Assembly: GCF_000743755.1 (NCBI RefSeq)
Contig: NW_014569462.1
Span: forward strand, 1-35,437
DNA from: Blastocystis sp. subtype 4
Lineage: Eukaryota
Length of the DNA stretch: 35,437 nt
Reading direction: 5' to 3'
Under the pieces are notes generated by a model. The model saw only the letters and a program-made list of their open reading frames with translations. It was not told the origin of the DNA and made no database searches. Shown here piece after piece: positions 23,098 through 35,437 of this stretch (positions are counted from its first letter, which is position 1; each line of letters begins with the position of its first letter). The translations under genes and the position numbers were made by a program.

Positions 23098-23399
23098 TGT
23101 TAATAGGGTGTTTTTGAAGAAATCGATTCTTGACCACAAATCCTATGATCCTATTATTTTCCATTTAAGGTTATAGACAAGAGGGACCCTGATCCCGTTA
23201 TTATTCCTGTATAATCGATGAATAATAATTAGCAACAAACATTATTCTCACTTGTTTTTCTCACTAATTGCTTCTACAAACTAAGATTACATTTCGGAAA
23301 GAACTAAGGAATGAAAGGGCAATGAAGGATACTATGTGGGTAAAGGATTGTGTAAAAGGAGTGTAACTTGATGGCAAGATACATGGAAGTGAGCTAGAA

Positions 23400-24854
23400 T
23401 TGATGTTTAGAGAAAGTGAGAATACGGTAAGAAGGGAATAAAGAAGAGTGAACAAAAGGAGGAATAAGTGCTTGAATTGCTTCCGAATCACAGAGTACAC
23501 CAAATGGAAGAAAATGTATGCATAACCGAAAGAGGATATTACTAATCCACAAAAGTACTATGTATGACTTCGTTAGGCATTTGTTACGATTCCTAGAGCT
23601 GATTTTCGTTTGACTAAAAGAGAGGACATCATAATCAAAGAACCAAAAGGCATGAACAGAGAGAAAACAAAGTAGTACACGTTAAACAAAACATAGGCTA
23701 ATACAGATAACAATAATGAAACAATCTAGTGAAAAAGTGACAGCGATAACTACTAATTCAGCAACATGGATCTTTGCTTCTTGTCGAAATAGATAATTAT
23801 GATATTGCTTGATCTCACTTATATAAAAGAAGTGATTTCGTAGCTCAACATAGTTCTGAGTTGGGATGGACACAGACACTCTACTCTTTATAATCATCTA
23901 AAAGATTACTCAGACGACATTGAATGAAATACTACAAGATATCGGGTGGTGGCGTGTAACCAACACGACTAGAGGGTTGTACGGAAACGCACAGATTTAT
24001 CATTCATGCTTTCTTCCATCCAGAAGAGGGGTGCAAAACTGGTGGCGGAAGTGATTCGACCTGGGTCTGTTATATTTCTACCGACAGTACGGCTGTCAAC
24101 CCCATCATCTCCAAGGCAAACTGAAGATGTCTCTACCGAGTCACTAGGTTGGGGTAGATTTGATACAATAATTCTTGTAGTGAATGATGTCATGTTTGAT
24201 AAACTTATCCGAAAGCCCTATGAACAGCAACGATATAACATCAAATATCCTAGTAATATAAAGTTTGCAGCAATTGTGACAAAACATGTCGCTATTGATA
24301 CCTCTTTGGTGTAATTGGTAGTAATAGGATTTAACTGTAGGATATGCTCAACACTAGGTGCCTGTGCGATATGTTCTGTAATGGGATACATTTCTCCTTC
24401 ATTGATCCAGTCCTTTAATGATCCATCATTTTTCCTCAACCGCTTATTTCCGTTTCTCTTAAATATATCTGTAGATGTGGATTCGGGAGTTCATGGATAG
24501 GGTGATTCGATGCGATACACATATGAGTTGATGGGATTATTGTTGTTCTAATAGATGACAGTAACATGTAGGTCTCCGCTTTGGCTTTCACTTTCAACTG
24601 CTTTGTCCTGGGCTGGGAGTAAAATAGAGTTGAATAAGGTCTACAAAGAGTATGAAGAAAGGAACAAAGAGGTTATTCAACGAGAAGAAAGGCCTACGTT
24701 TGTACAACAGTGCAGCCTTGAAGATGGCTGTAGCATTCGGTTTTATGGAGATGAAACGAGTCACGGAAATGGACGTCGTTTTACTAAGAAGACTGCTGAG
24801 CAGACATTCTATGATGGATATGGAGGTGATTGCAGTTATAAAGCTCAAAAGTGA
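23400..24854 (+). CDS. Hypothetical multi-exon protein; exon structure and start unresolved
   Basis: Successive + ORFs (24006, 24315, 24555) are separated by GT..AG segments, and TGA 24852-24854 is followed by TGTTTGTT at 24860. The strand of the 5' half is uncertain. Confidence 0.35.
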
Positions 24855-24901
24855 ATTTCTGTTTGTTCGAAACGAGATTAGGTCACTCAGATTCTATCGT
24901 C

Positions 24902-25554
24902 ATGAGAGTTGTTATCCAGAAAGTTCTCTCTGCTTCGGTCAGTGTCGATAACAAACTCATTTCCAAGATTGGAAAGGGAGTTATGTGTTTGGTTGGTATT
25001 CGCGATGATGACGATAAGGCATGCTCTGAATTGATTGCCAAGAAGATTTTAGTAAGGAATTAGTTCTTTTATAATGAATAGGATGCTCGTTTGTGGGACA
25101 GTCCTGAGGGTAAGCCTTGGTCCAAGAGCGTGAAAGATATGGATTACGAAGTACTTCTTGTTTCACAATTTACTCTCTATGGATCGTTAAAGAGTACGAA
25201 CGGTGTATGTGAGTAAGGAGATAGTCAAATCACGTCCTGACTACCATCGATCGAGTAACAAATTATTAGTGAACTCCAACTGTAGTGTCAACAGAACCGG
25301 CAAAGGCATTCTATGGTGAATTCGTGGAAACAACAAAGAAAATGTACAAGAGTGAGCGTATTTTTAATGGAGAGTTTGGTGCTTACATGAATGTGGAATT
25401 GGTTTGGATATGGAGGAATGGTCATTCATAGCAAAATGATGGTCCTTGCACACTAATTGTCGACACGGATGACTATGAAGGGTCTGTTAACGTCATACGA
25501 GAGCGTCTTGAGAAAGAGGAACGAAGTAAGGATACAATGAAGAATAAGAGGTAG
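24902..25554 (+). CDS. DTD1: D-aminoacyl-tRNA deacylase
   Basis: MRVVIQKVLSASVSV, LLVSQFTLYG, RPDYH, GEFGAYMNVEL and QNDGP. Four short introns (first 25052-25081). Confidence 0.93.
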
Positions 25555-25590
25555 ACGCACACAAGAATGATAAGAACAAAAAGGAGTAAT

Positions 25591-26556
25591 TTAAAGAATA
25601 TGATGTTTCTTAAAGAACTCCATTGTGGCTTCTCGCTCGTCAGCTGGAAATATATTATCTCCAGGAAGTACTTCTGGTGACTTGGTTCCTATCTTTCATC
25701 TAAAAAGAGAATAGTTACCATGATAGTCAGAGCCACTTGTAGCAATAAGGTGATTAGTGTGAGCAAAAGACAGATACTCTTCGGAACCAGTTTCACGATG
25801 ATGACCAGGAGGAAAACACTCCATTCCATCAATTCCACATTCAACTACTTTTTTCATTACGATTTCCTTCTGCTTCAACAACCTATACATGAATGATGAA
25901 CCAACTAAGCAACCAGGGATGAGCAAGGGCTACAATTCCTGAATATGAGTGCACTAGTTCAATAGCTTCTTGTAACGATAAGGGATTACCCATTACATAA
26001 CTAGATATCAATCAGATCCTAAGAGATACTATTTTGAATCATTGTGAAGATACTTGTCAAATGCATCGGCAACAGATGTAGCATAACCATGAGCACAGAG
26101 AACTTCAGCAATCCGAGGACGTGAAGGAAGACAATTTTTGCAACGATCCATTACCTCGTCCCACGTAATATTGAATCCATCTTTAATAAGAAGATCGACA
26201 ATCTTCTTCCCACGATCAATCCTAGGAATTAAAAAACGATATATTCGCTACCTCCTTTGATTTACTTCAGCATCGAGATAGTGCTGGAATGCAGCGAAGT
26301 CAGTATTCGGAGGAAAGTATCCAGTAAGATGAACTGAACTTTCTCCAGCCAATCCACATGATAGTTCGATGCCACAGAGCACAGTAATCCCATCAACTTG
26401 GATAGATTGAGCATCTATCACTCCTTTTACTGTATCATGGTCATTAATGCACATTACTTGCACCTTTCTGGATTTTGCAAATTCAATTAACTCCTTTGGA
26501 GTCAATTGACCATCGGAGAATAAAGTGTGCATATGGAGATCTACCACTTTGTTCAT
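25591..26556 (-). CDS. PHP-domain phosphoesterase (YciV/TrpH-like)
   Basis: DLHMHTLFSDG, INDHDT, GIELS, VHLTGY, RPRIAEVL, GMECF and SGSDYHG. Introns include 26222-26251. Confidence 0.9.
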
Positions 26557-26701
26557 CTCGTAAGCAAAGTTGTGATAAAAAAAGTAATGCTCAACTGATT
26601 CTCTCTAATATGTCTTGTTTGAGCAACCCAGATAGCTCCTACTTTTGGAATACCAAAAGTCTGAATCAATCAGCATAGTCCTACTCTTTGACAATTGACA
26701 T

Positions 26702-29700
26702 ATGAAACTAGGGTCGATTGTCAATATTCGTAATACAAGCGAATTCACAAGGGGAAAACCGCAAAAGTCTGGGTTCGTTAGAGTTCAAGAAGAATATGTC
26801 ATTCTCTGTACTTGAAATGATGGGTAGATCCGAAATGGTGTTGTTTGTGGAGTGAAAGACTGTCCTAAGTGTCATGCAGACACTATTCTTTGTATTTTAT
26901 CCACTTTATTGGATCAATGATAGCGATGAACTTACCGAAACAAGGGAACATCCTAATTGTGAGTGATGAAATCCTGTTCTACTTCATATCCTGTTCGTTG
27001 CATCGGATTAGTCTCTCCTTCATTTCAGCGAGATCTTCTATTGAAGTTCAACGAGACCTTCAACAATCTTCTATTCTTTGAATCCTCGCTATCTAGATTG
27101 CGATTCGAGAAGGGAAATGCAGTACTATTGTTTGGAGTGTATCATCCAGGATTTTGTTCGCATGAGACGAGCGATTCTCTCAGGACTCTATAACTGTGGA
27201 CTCTTCAATAACATGCATTTTGTAGATACATTCACACTACGAAATGCAGGAGAAACAAGTGAGACCTTTGAAGTTTCTCGCTTTGTGAAGAGTGCTACTT
27301 GGATGATTGACCATCTCAAAGACATAGCATCTGTGAAGGTGCTTGTTGATACATTGATTCCAGGTATTGAGCAAGAAGATCAGATTCTAGTGAGTAGTCA
27401 GTCTTGATGTTAACAATAGATTCACTCACTCTGTTCAGGAAATGATAAAGAGAATGTGTATAAGCTATGTTTGGAAAGAAAACAACAAGCAGCCTTAGAT
27501 GCAAATCCCAAGGAAGAGAGCTTGGATGAGGAATGGCTTCTAACTGGAATGCTTAAAGTACATTATCATATGAGTTCTAATCCTAGGTCAACAATGATCG
27601 TATTTCTGCTCGTGTTGACGTAAATAGTGCCGATTTGCGGAGTCTGATCAATAAACATTTTGCTAGTGATATTGTGGCTCTTGTATCGCATTCAGATGAA
27701 TACATCAATGTTGATGCATTGTTGGGCCTCACCAATGAACCCACCTTCTCCATTCAGGTAGAGTTTGAAATGTCATAATGAGACTAGATTTCTGGAATGG
27801 AGAATATCCGACCTGGAATTAGTGGAGATAAGGTTCAAATCACTTTAAAACCCGTTTCAGAGTGGTTAACAGAAGAAGGTCGTATTTTGATCATCCATTA
27901 AGATACAGAGATTGATGTGATCGTAGATGAGACTTCAGAAGAGGACTCTCCAGGATTATCACAATCTTCCATCCGACTGGTTCATACTTCCATAGGACCC
28001 AAGTGGAATCGTTTGGTTACAGGTCGAGTGGTTGCCGTAATGGAACCGGGCAATCGAGAGTTTGTTTGCAGTGTTGGTGAAGCAAATGGAACTGGGTATA
28101 ATTACTGAATGAAGTAAGAGATAGTGATCATGTTTCAAATCTTCTGTTGATGGTTCCTTTGAATCGGTCTATTCCTTGTTGTTACATTCATTCAAATCAT
28201 GTGATATTTGGAGATTAGAATGATCATTAGCCTGAACAATTAGTTGGATATAAGCATTTGATTCGTTATTTGGATTGGCCTTTAAATTCTCATTATCCAG
28301 ATGGCCAACTAGTCTCAACACTTGGGAAGGAGAATAGTTTTGATACGGATTCAATTGCGTTATTGTTTGAAGCAGGCGTATTGAATGAGAATGATATAAT
28401 AAGGATAGTTGGAAAGTCATATTGCTCCTATTCCTAATCGTTTACTTTCCTCGTTAATTCATCTAGAAGGAGTGGACTTACAGAATCCTAATGTTGTTTA
28501 TGATCCTCAATCAGTATAGTAATCCTTGGATATGAATGATAGGTTGATATGATGAATCGACAAGATCTTCGTTACACTCACAATGTAGTTAGTATTGATC
28601 CTCCTGGGTGTGTGGATATTGATGATGCATGTTCTCTCCGAGAACTTGACGACTGTTACGAGATTGGGATTCATATCGCAGATGTGACATATTATCTTCC
28701 CTTCAATTCTCCTCTAGATCGTTTTGCTCGTGAACGATCTACGAGTGTGTATTTGGTTGATAGACGGATTGACATGCTTCCATCCATTCTCTCGACCAAT
28801 GTCTGCTCATTACGAGCTGGACATGATCGACTTGCTGTTACAGTGTTCCTCTATTGTGACAAAAGTAAGAATTTGATAAACAAAAAAACCATAGAAAATT
28901 GGAATGTAATAAAACCTCCTGTTTTCTGCCGAAGTGTTCTTCGTTCTCGTTATTCATTAGCCTATCTCCAAGCTCAACGAATCTGTGATGGTCAGGAGCC
29001 AGGGATTGTTAAGAATCCGTATGCGTAATCATTTGACTCCCTCTCTGATCTAGCAATCCTCAGAGTCCTTATCATTACACAGGTGATGCTGTGGATCCAA
29101 AGGATTACTCTTGGTTGAATCATGACATTCCTCTTCTGATGCAGTGTTGGAGGACTGATAGTGTGTGATGGATAGTTGGTCGCTCACTTCGCCAGCGTCG
29201 TCGTAGGAGTGGAGCTGTCGAATTGGTAACTCACGAACTCAAATTCACAGCACCTCAGTCAGACGAGATTACTGTGAGTGAATATGGTCATTTGGAGGTT
29301 CATGAGACGATCGAAGAATTGATGGTTGTGGCAAATTCGGTCGTGGCACAACGCATTTTTGCGCAGTTCCCAACTTGTGCATTACTCCGAAAACATGATG
29401 CTCCTCCAGAAGATAAACTCAAGCGATTGACAAGTATTTGTGGGTATTTAGGAATTGACATAAATACTACCAATAATTACACATTTGCCAAATCAATTCT
29501 TAACATTCAACAAACCAGCAATCAAACTATGAAGGACATGTTAATGTTGTTATTCCGAAAGTGCGAAAATAGAGGGAATTATAACCATTAGCTCAATGGC
29601 TGAAGCCCAGTATATCTGTTCTGGTGAAATTCCTCTGGATCAACAAACGAATCCTTACGCGTTCAGTCATTATGGACTGGGGATTGATTATTATACTCAT

Positions 29701-31123
29701 TACACTTCTCCGATTCGACGATACACCGATATTGTTGTTCATCGTCAGTTATTGGCTTGTATTGATAATCCGACTCCCACGGGAATGATGAATTATTCCC
29801 AGGATAAAGGATATGATTTGTTCCGAGTTCACACAGAAGCTCCATCGTTATTGGAAGGAAGCGTGGTAGGAGAAGAACGATTGAATGAGTTATAAGGAAG
29901 TAACAGTACGAGGTGAAGATATAAAGAAGCAGCTGCTGCAGAAGGATGAGGAGTTAGACGATGACTTCCTGGACGACTTGCTGGGTGATGTGGAAGAATC
30001 ACAGGAGGAAGAGACTGAGTCTTCAGAACAAGAAACACCTCAAGAGAATGAAGAGGCACTAGCAGAGAAGGTACCAGAGAACAATGGGGAGTTACAGTCA
30101 CTCTTCACACCACAGCAATTGGCTCAGTTGGCCCAACATTGTACTGCTCATGAAATATGGTGATGAATAGTGAATAAGCAGAATCGACGAGCCAAACGAG
30201 TATCTCAGATGAGTGATCTTCTCTTCCTTCAATATTATATCCGATTCAATCAGCCTCAGATCAGAGAAGCTGTAGTAACAGAAATCAGAACAAATGGAGT
30301 CATTATCCAGATCCCCTTTTTTGACCTGAAATTACCAATTCAGTTTATTCGAATGACAGGTGAACCGGAAGAGTGGGTGAAAGAAACATATCATTCGAAT
30401 GAAGTCACAATTCAAGTGGATGAAATATCAGCCAATCAGATTACGGATTCGGAAAAGAAGGGTATTTCAGGAACAAAGACGAGAATTACAGTGAAGAATG
30501 TAAAAGGAGATGTATTAGTTCAATTAGCTCTGTATCAGAGAATTGAAGTTCGTTTGACTGTAACAATTGTGAATCGAAATACCAATGCCATGAGAATTGA
30601 TGCAAACATCGTTTCTCATGAACCAATAACCCAAGAAGAAGATTCTGATAAGTGTTTAAAAGATTTGATGAAAGAATGCAATGCGTTTGATAAGAAGTCT
30701 GAGTATATCACCATTCAGGAAGGCAGTGATCTCAACCTAGAGAATACACGTCAACAACTATTAGAACAGATTAAGACAATTTTACGTAGACCTGAAATGA
30801 AGGAATACCTAGTAGAAAGTGAAGGTTCTTCTGAAGTATTGATGAAGTCACAATTATCGCGATTCCAATTTGGAGGGTTTGTTACACCGAAATCGACTCT
30901 ATTGGCAAAGTGGAGAGAAGAATATGAAGGATTTAATGAAGGAGAGAACCAAGAAGAAGTACTTAATAGGCGACAAATAAGGAAGGAACAAAGTAGGATT
31001 GACTGATGACTGATCACCGAAGATGTGAAGAAAATGGAGTATGAGTCTCTCGATCGACAACGAAGGTTAAAGAACCAGAAATACAATGAAAGGAGAAAAG
31101 CAGCTATTAAGAGACAGCAATAG
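26702..31123 (+). CDS. Dis3/Rrp44-family exoribonuclease (CR3 + PIN-like + CSD + RNB + S1)
   Basis: Spliced [18 protein letters not shown] (CR3), [36 protein letters not shown] and [31 protein letters not shown] at 31121-31123 after a final 30-nt intron. Confidence 0.9.
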
Positions 31124-31125
31124 AG

Positions 31126-31144
31126 TCTTTGTTAGTAACAAACA
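31126..31144. terminator. Head-to-head polyadenylation elements TCTTTGTT-AGT-AACAAACA
   Basis: Lies between convergent stops at 31123 and 31149. Each element is at the 4-nt spacing from a stop-codon base. Confidence 0.7.
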
Positions 31145-31148
31145 ACCA

Positions 31149-32160
31149 TTAATCATTGTGAATCCAATGGACCTCATGACCATTCTCTAAGTACGGCTCA
31201 ACAAAACCACGGAAAATGGCATTCGTCAAGTCCCAACGAGCTCCAAACCCTCCTTCAACTCGCATCTCTAATGCAATCACGTTATGAGGAAGGAGATGAA
31301 TATTGATCCATACAGAATGTTCCATGATTCGTAGCAAGGTTGCCCTCGCTATCTCATTTTGAATGCATTCAGGTCCATGAAGACTAATGATCATCACTTG
31401 ATTCATGCATACTCTCCCCAGTTCCCTTTACATCGCCTACTGTGTTTGCTCAAGGCACGAGCTCCTACGGTTAGTTGAGCTTTCGGATTGTGTTTCTGCT
31501 CAAACAATTGGATCAAATACTCTCGTGGTGGGTAGAGGATCCATACAGAACCAAGAGTGTGACGCATTCCTAATAGATGTTGCAGTCCATGTTCACCCAA
31601 CAAATGAAGAAGAGCAGAAATACATTCTGATGTGTTTGTTGAATCTAGAGTATTCAGTTTTGTTTGTATCCGATCATTTAGAGATACAAGGTAATCACAT
31701 GAACACTCTTTGTTCATATATCCAGCAACAGATCCAGTAAAACAAGGAACTGAGCTATGTTGTTTCCAATAGCAGAGTCTGCGGGACAACTCCACATGAG
31801 GCGGACAATCATAATAAGAACTGTTGAAATGTAAAGTATCCTCTAGTAATCTCCGATCATGGCTTATCTACCTGATTATTCGTATAGAGAACGAATACCA
31901 TGTGATGTTCAAAGTCAAGTTCATCTTCACTATAGTTCATTCGTACCAACTACAGCAGACTAGCTCAATCCATTATAATAGTCTCTCCAGTACTGAAGAT
32001 ATTGATGACCCAGCAAATTATCCTCTTGGATATCATTACACGCATTTTGCAATATCAAGAAAAGTGAATAACTAACATGCACTTCCAAACTCAGATCCGC
32101 CATGTCATGAGGAATAGAGTACTGGATTCCGCTTTTACCCCATTCAGTTATTATACTCTA
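31149..32160 (-). CDS. Conserved protein with LTVGARALSKH...GFGARW...FRGFVEP domain (like the C-terminus of plant ASCH-domain proteins); start unresolved
   Basis: ORFs 31403-31795 and 31149-31406. Motifs recognised by eye. TAA at 31149-31151. Confidence 0.7.
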
Positions 32161-32252
32161 TGATAGTTCATGATTTCTGGACATGCAAAGAGTTATTGTC
32201 GTTTTTCTCATGAATCAGATTTGATATTTGGTTCTTTCCTAACAAACAGAAG

Positions 32253-34320
32253 AGAACCACGATAAAGACGCAGAAGGCAACTTTCGCTGACAACTATCAC
32301 AACAAAATGCCTACAACTCATTCACCTACCTTTCACTAACATTCATTATTCGCTTGACGAGATCCTTATCCTCGATAGTAGGCGACATTATCAACCATAT
32401 AACTCCTAATCGCAACGAGTCTCCAAGAACAGAAGGAAACCATCCCCTTCGAAAATCATCATATTCTTTATCAATCTGCTTCAAAACAGAGTCAGAAATA
32501 GGAATTAGTGATTCTGAAGATTGTATATTCTTAAGAGGATCAATCATATGGAGATCAAGAAGATCAAGTGAGCAGGGCATAGCATCAAGAATGGAATTGG
32601 TAATATCAAAAACACAAACACGTTGATTATAGAGTGTTATCTATAGATTATCTCTATATGGCATGGATACATGATCCATTAATGCATTATTAAACACAAG
32701 TCCTGTGTCATTCAAATATACAATTTGCTCAGTGAGTGACTTTAGCACCGATAGTGGATTCACATCACTCATCAATGAGAGCATCTGAACTTGATCCTTT
32801 TCAACAGGTCCAAACAACTAAGAATAAATGAATTAGAGTGATTCCTACATAGAGATCACACTCATTCGGAACCAAACGGGATGCACCTACATTCTTCCAA
32901 CAATGGTAAAAACGGATTGGAGAAGGCCCTATTTGCTAAACGACAATCCAAATACCGACATCGATGTACATTCAATCGATTAATAACATGACGTAAATAG
33001 TCCCATTTTCTGCATCTCCATTCGCGTGATCCATAAATCACCCGTCCGAGGTACCAATCAGTGTCCTGCTTAACCCACGCCATTGTAGGTGATAACAAAC
33101 TGTCAATCTGGAATTCAGGTTCAGATTCAAGGAGAGAGAAAGAGAAATCAGCAATCTGAGAACACAAAAGTGAGTTCAGATAGCCTTCAAAACAACTGAA
33201 ATGAATAGAATCCAGATTATCTGGGTCTGAGTGAGAAATCACATCTTCAATTGGAATGCCAATTAGAACAACATTTTGAAAGCAACCTTCTTCTAAACAG
33301 CTACTCTCCAGGAGTTGTTGTAATATGATTGGAAATGCACGATAGAATAAAAAGAAGAGAGTTCTTCCACGATGACGAAAATGACTCGAATTTGTGTCAA
33401 ATGACCAAAATATAGTCGAAAAATAATTACACAAGAATTGGCGATTTTCCAGAATTGTTGACTTATTTCCTTCTCCCTGATTCAGAATCAAATCATGTCC
33501 CAAATCACTTCCAATTCGATGTTGTTTAGAATGATGAAATACCTATGATGAAATACGGATTGACAGAAATACTCGAACAAATGATTCATTGATAGGATCC
33601 GACTCATCACAATGAGTTCGGATATATCTAAGAGTGAGGTCGCATCAGTATAAGTACTTGAATTCATTTTTCTCATTCAATTCTATGAAGAACTCTCGAG
33701 GATCATAGCCGCTAATGGCTCCATGACATAACTACATGCATTACTCACATATCCACATGGGTACAGGATAATCACATAGATTTGGATTCATCGCTTGCAC
33801 TCGTTTTACTCCATGAATAGCTTCGCAGAGGATCTGAGAACGGTTCCAACCTTCATGGCAGATACTGAAGACATCATCCGAAGGAAGAACAGAAATTGGA
33901 GTAATGGAGTGTGCTTGTGAGAGAATATGGATTTGTCCGCCATAATTCTCGAATTGGGCCATATCTTCGATAAACTGATCAGAATCATGAGAAATGACTC
34001 CAACTCGTTGCATTTCCTGTGAGATTTCTTCCAGTTCCATTCTGGAGTGAGATGGAAAGAGTTGAGTGGAATCAACAACATGCACAGCTCTTGACTCGAT
34101 ATAACGCAAGATTGGAGTGTTCGCCATAACTCGAATGAGTGGAATTGAAACAGTGATAAGATTCGGAATCTGAAGAGGAAGATGATGATTCTCGGATGCC
34201 AGTTGGAGTAGCGAAATCAGATCGAGAACGACATTGCGAGCATTATCTTGATGATCTAGATATTTTAATAGGGAAGATAACTGAGAATGAGGATGTGCAA
34301 AGGGAATCAACTCTTCATTA
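32253..34320 (-). CDS. Hypothetical multi-exon protein
   Basis: Chain of minus ORFs. Intron 32294-32329 leads to ...SASLSWF + T(32253) before TGTTTGTT at 32248-32241. The 5' boundary is uncertain. Confidence 0.5.
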
Positions 34321-34325
34321 AGGAT

Positions 34326-35437
34326 CTATGAATGACAAAACAATCTAAGCTTCACTATATCAAAGAAACCCCGAATAGAATACTCATTAATCAAGAATCC
34401 CATGTAACACACATAAGGAGCATTCTTCTCCGTTTTCATCACCTTTTCATTAGCAATAATCAGAACTCGTACGCAACTTCGCTTTCCTCCAACAAGTTCA
34501 CAATGATCAATCGCTGCAAAGCGAATTGTCCCATTATTATCTTGACGTAGTTGGATTGGAAATTGAACAGTACACCGGTTTCCTTTGAAAAGCCAATGAC
34601 CAGAACGACCAGAACGAATGAATACTGTCAATTGAGAGAGTAATGGAATCACTTTCTATTCGTTATGATTACTCTTTTAATATCACTATCTCTTTGATAA
34701 AAGACATAATATCTTCAGGAACTCCTCGTAAGGGAATAGAAAACTGGAACCAATCTGAAAGTGAACAATTTCCGGTAGTCCGAAGTAGTGGAAGTAGTAG
34801 ATGTGGTTTCACATGTTCTTTCTACATTAATGTTCAATCCTTATCCATACTGTGTTCAATCCTGTTTCATTAATAACTATATTATCTGTAATATAATAAT
34901 CCTTTCTGAGAATATTAAAACATGTTTGCGGAGTGAGATTATTGACAGTCAAAATGGGTTGGGCATTCTGAATAAGTGGTTCTATGCTATCATATCGGAA
35001 GAACAAAATATCACCCATATCTTCGCTTTTCTTGTCTGCTTCCTTTCCATTTCGTAAGAGGTAAAAGAATCCAGGATAATCTGGAATGGAATACGATTTG
35101 TCAGTTTGTAGAGAAGAAATATCGCTATCAGGATACAAAATTCCAGTCAATGTTGAATCACAGTCGGTGTGCTACAGAATAAACGACATTTGCTTTGTAC
35201 TACTCCAAAAACAACATCCCTGGACTGACTCATTATTCATAGAAAAAAATGAGAAGAAAAGGAACTTAACGTAACAAATCACTGAAAAGGACTACAACAA
35301 ACACAAAGAAGGAAAAATCACAAACTACTCACCATTAAAGTCTCTTAAGAACCATATCAGATGGGATATTCTCTCTGCTAATCACACCCTTGACATCATA
35401 GACAAGCTTCTGCTTGATATCAGGCTTGAACAAGGCA
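34326..35437 (-). CDS. Hypothetical protein, partial (may be separate from or joined to the gene downstream)
   Basis: Minus ORFs 34326-34652 and 34827-35150. No recognisable motif. Confidence 0.35.

Noticed and set aside
31633..31640. TGTTTGTT on the plus strand inside a minus-strand gene
   Set aside because: It is on the non-coding strand with no plus gene ending nearby, so it is likely chance.
1..35437. Fragmented ORFs as pseudogenes or an alternative genetic code
   Set aside because: Where I could test them, the breaks are explained by ~30-nt GT-AG introns that restore frame. RPS7 is the exception.
1..35437. CRISPR arrays, transposons, rRNA or tRNA genes
   Set aside because: No spaced direct repeats, terminal repeats, transposase/RT motifs or recognisable structural RNA seen by eye.

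Overview
This is gene-dense eukaryotic DNA, not prokaryotic. About 20 protein-coding genes are interrupted by ~29-36 nt GT-AG introns and separated by very short spacers. A TGTTTGTT element recurs at gene 3' ends. This combination is characteristic of the stramenopile gut protist Blastocystis (inferred from architecture only). Recognisable genes are RPL10A, a fucosyltransferase-like GT, a GT49/LARGE-like GT, an FH2-only formin-like protein, a multi-pass membrane protein (possibly Doa10/MARCH6-like), an OFA-type MFS transporter, a DUF1765-like protein, a GT61, ALG9, Tim13, PepD, TFIIA-gamma, NSRP1/CCDC55, RPS7, DTD1, a PHP phosphoesterase, a Dis3-family exoribonuclease and a RALSKH-motif protein. 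The dominant hidden system is polyadenylation-created stop codons. At seven genes the base 5 nt upstream of the TGTTTGTT element is an in-frame first-position T with no genomic stop there, so UAA would be completed by the poly(A) tail. This phenomenon is known in Blastocystis. Window-specific observations include a poly(A)-exposed EEEL C-terminus on ALG9, a perfect palindromic bidirectional poly(A) element, an apparent frameshift in RPS7, a shared 5' motif on both ribosomal-protein genes and a toxin-like domain gene. All gene models were read by eye, and several boundaries are approximate.
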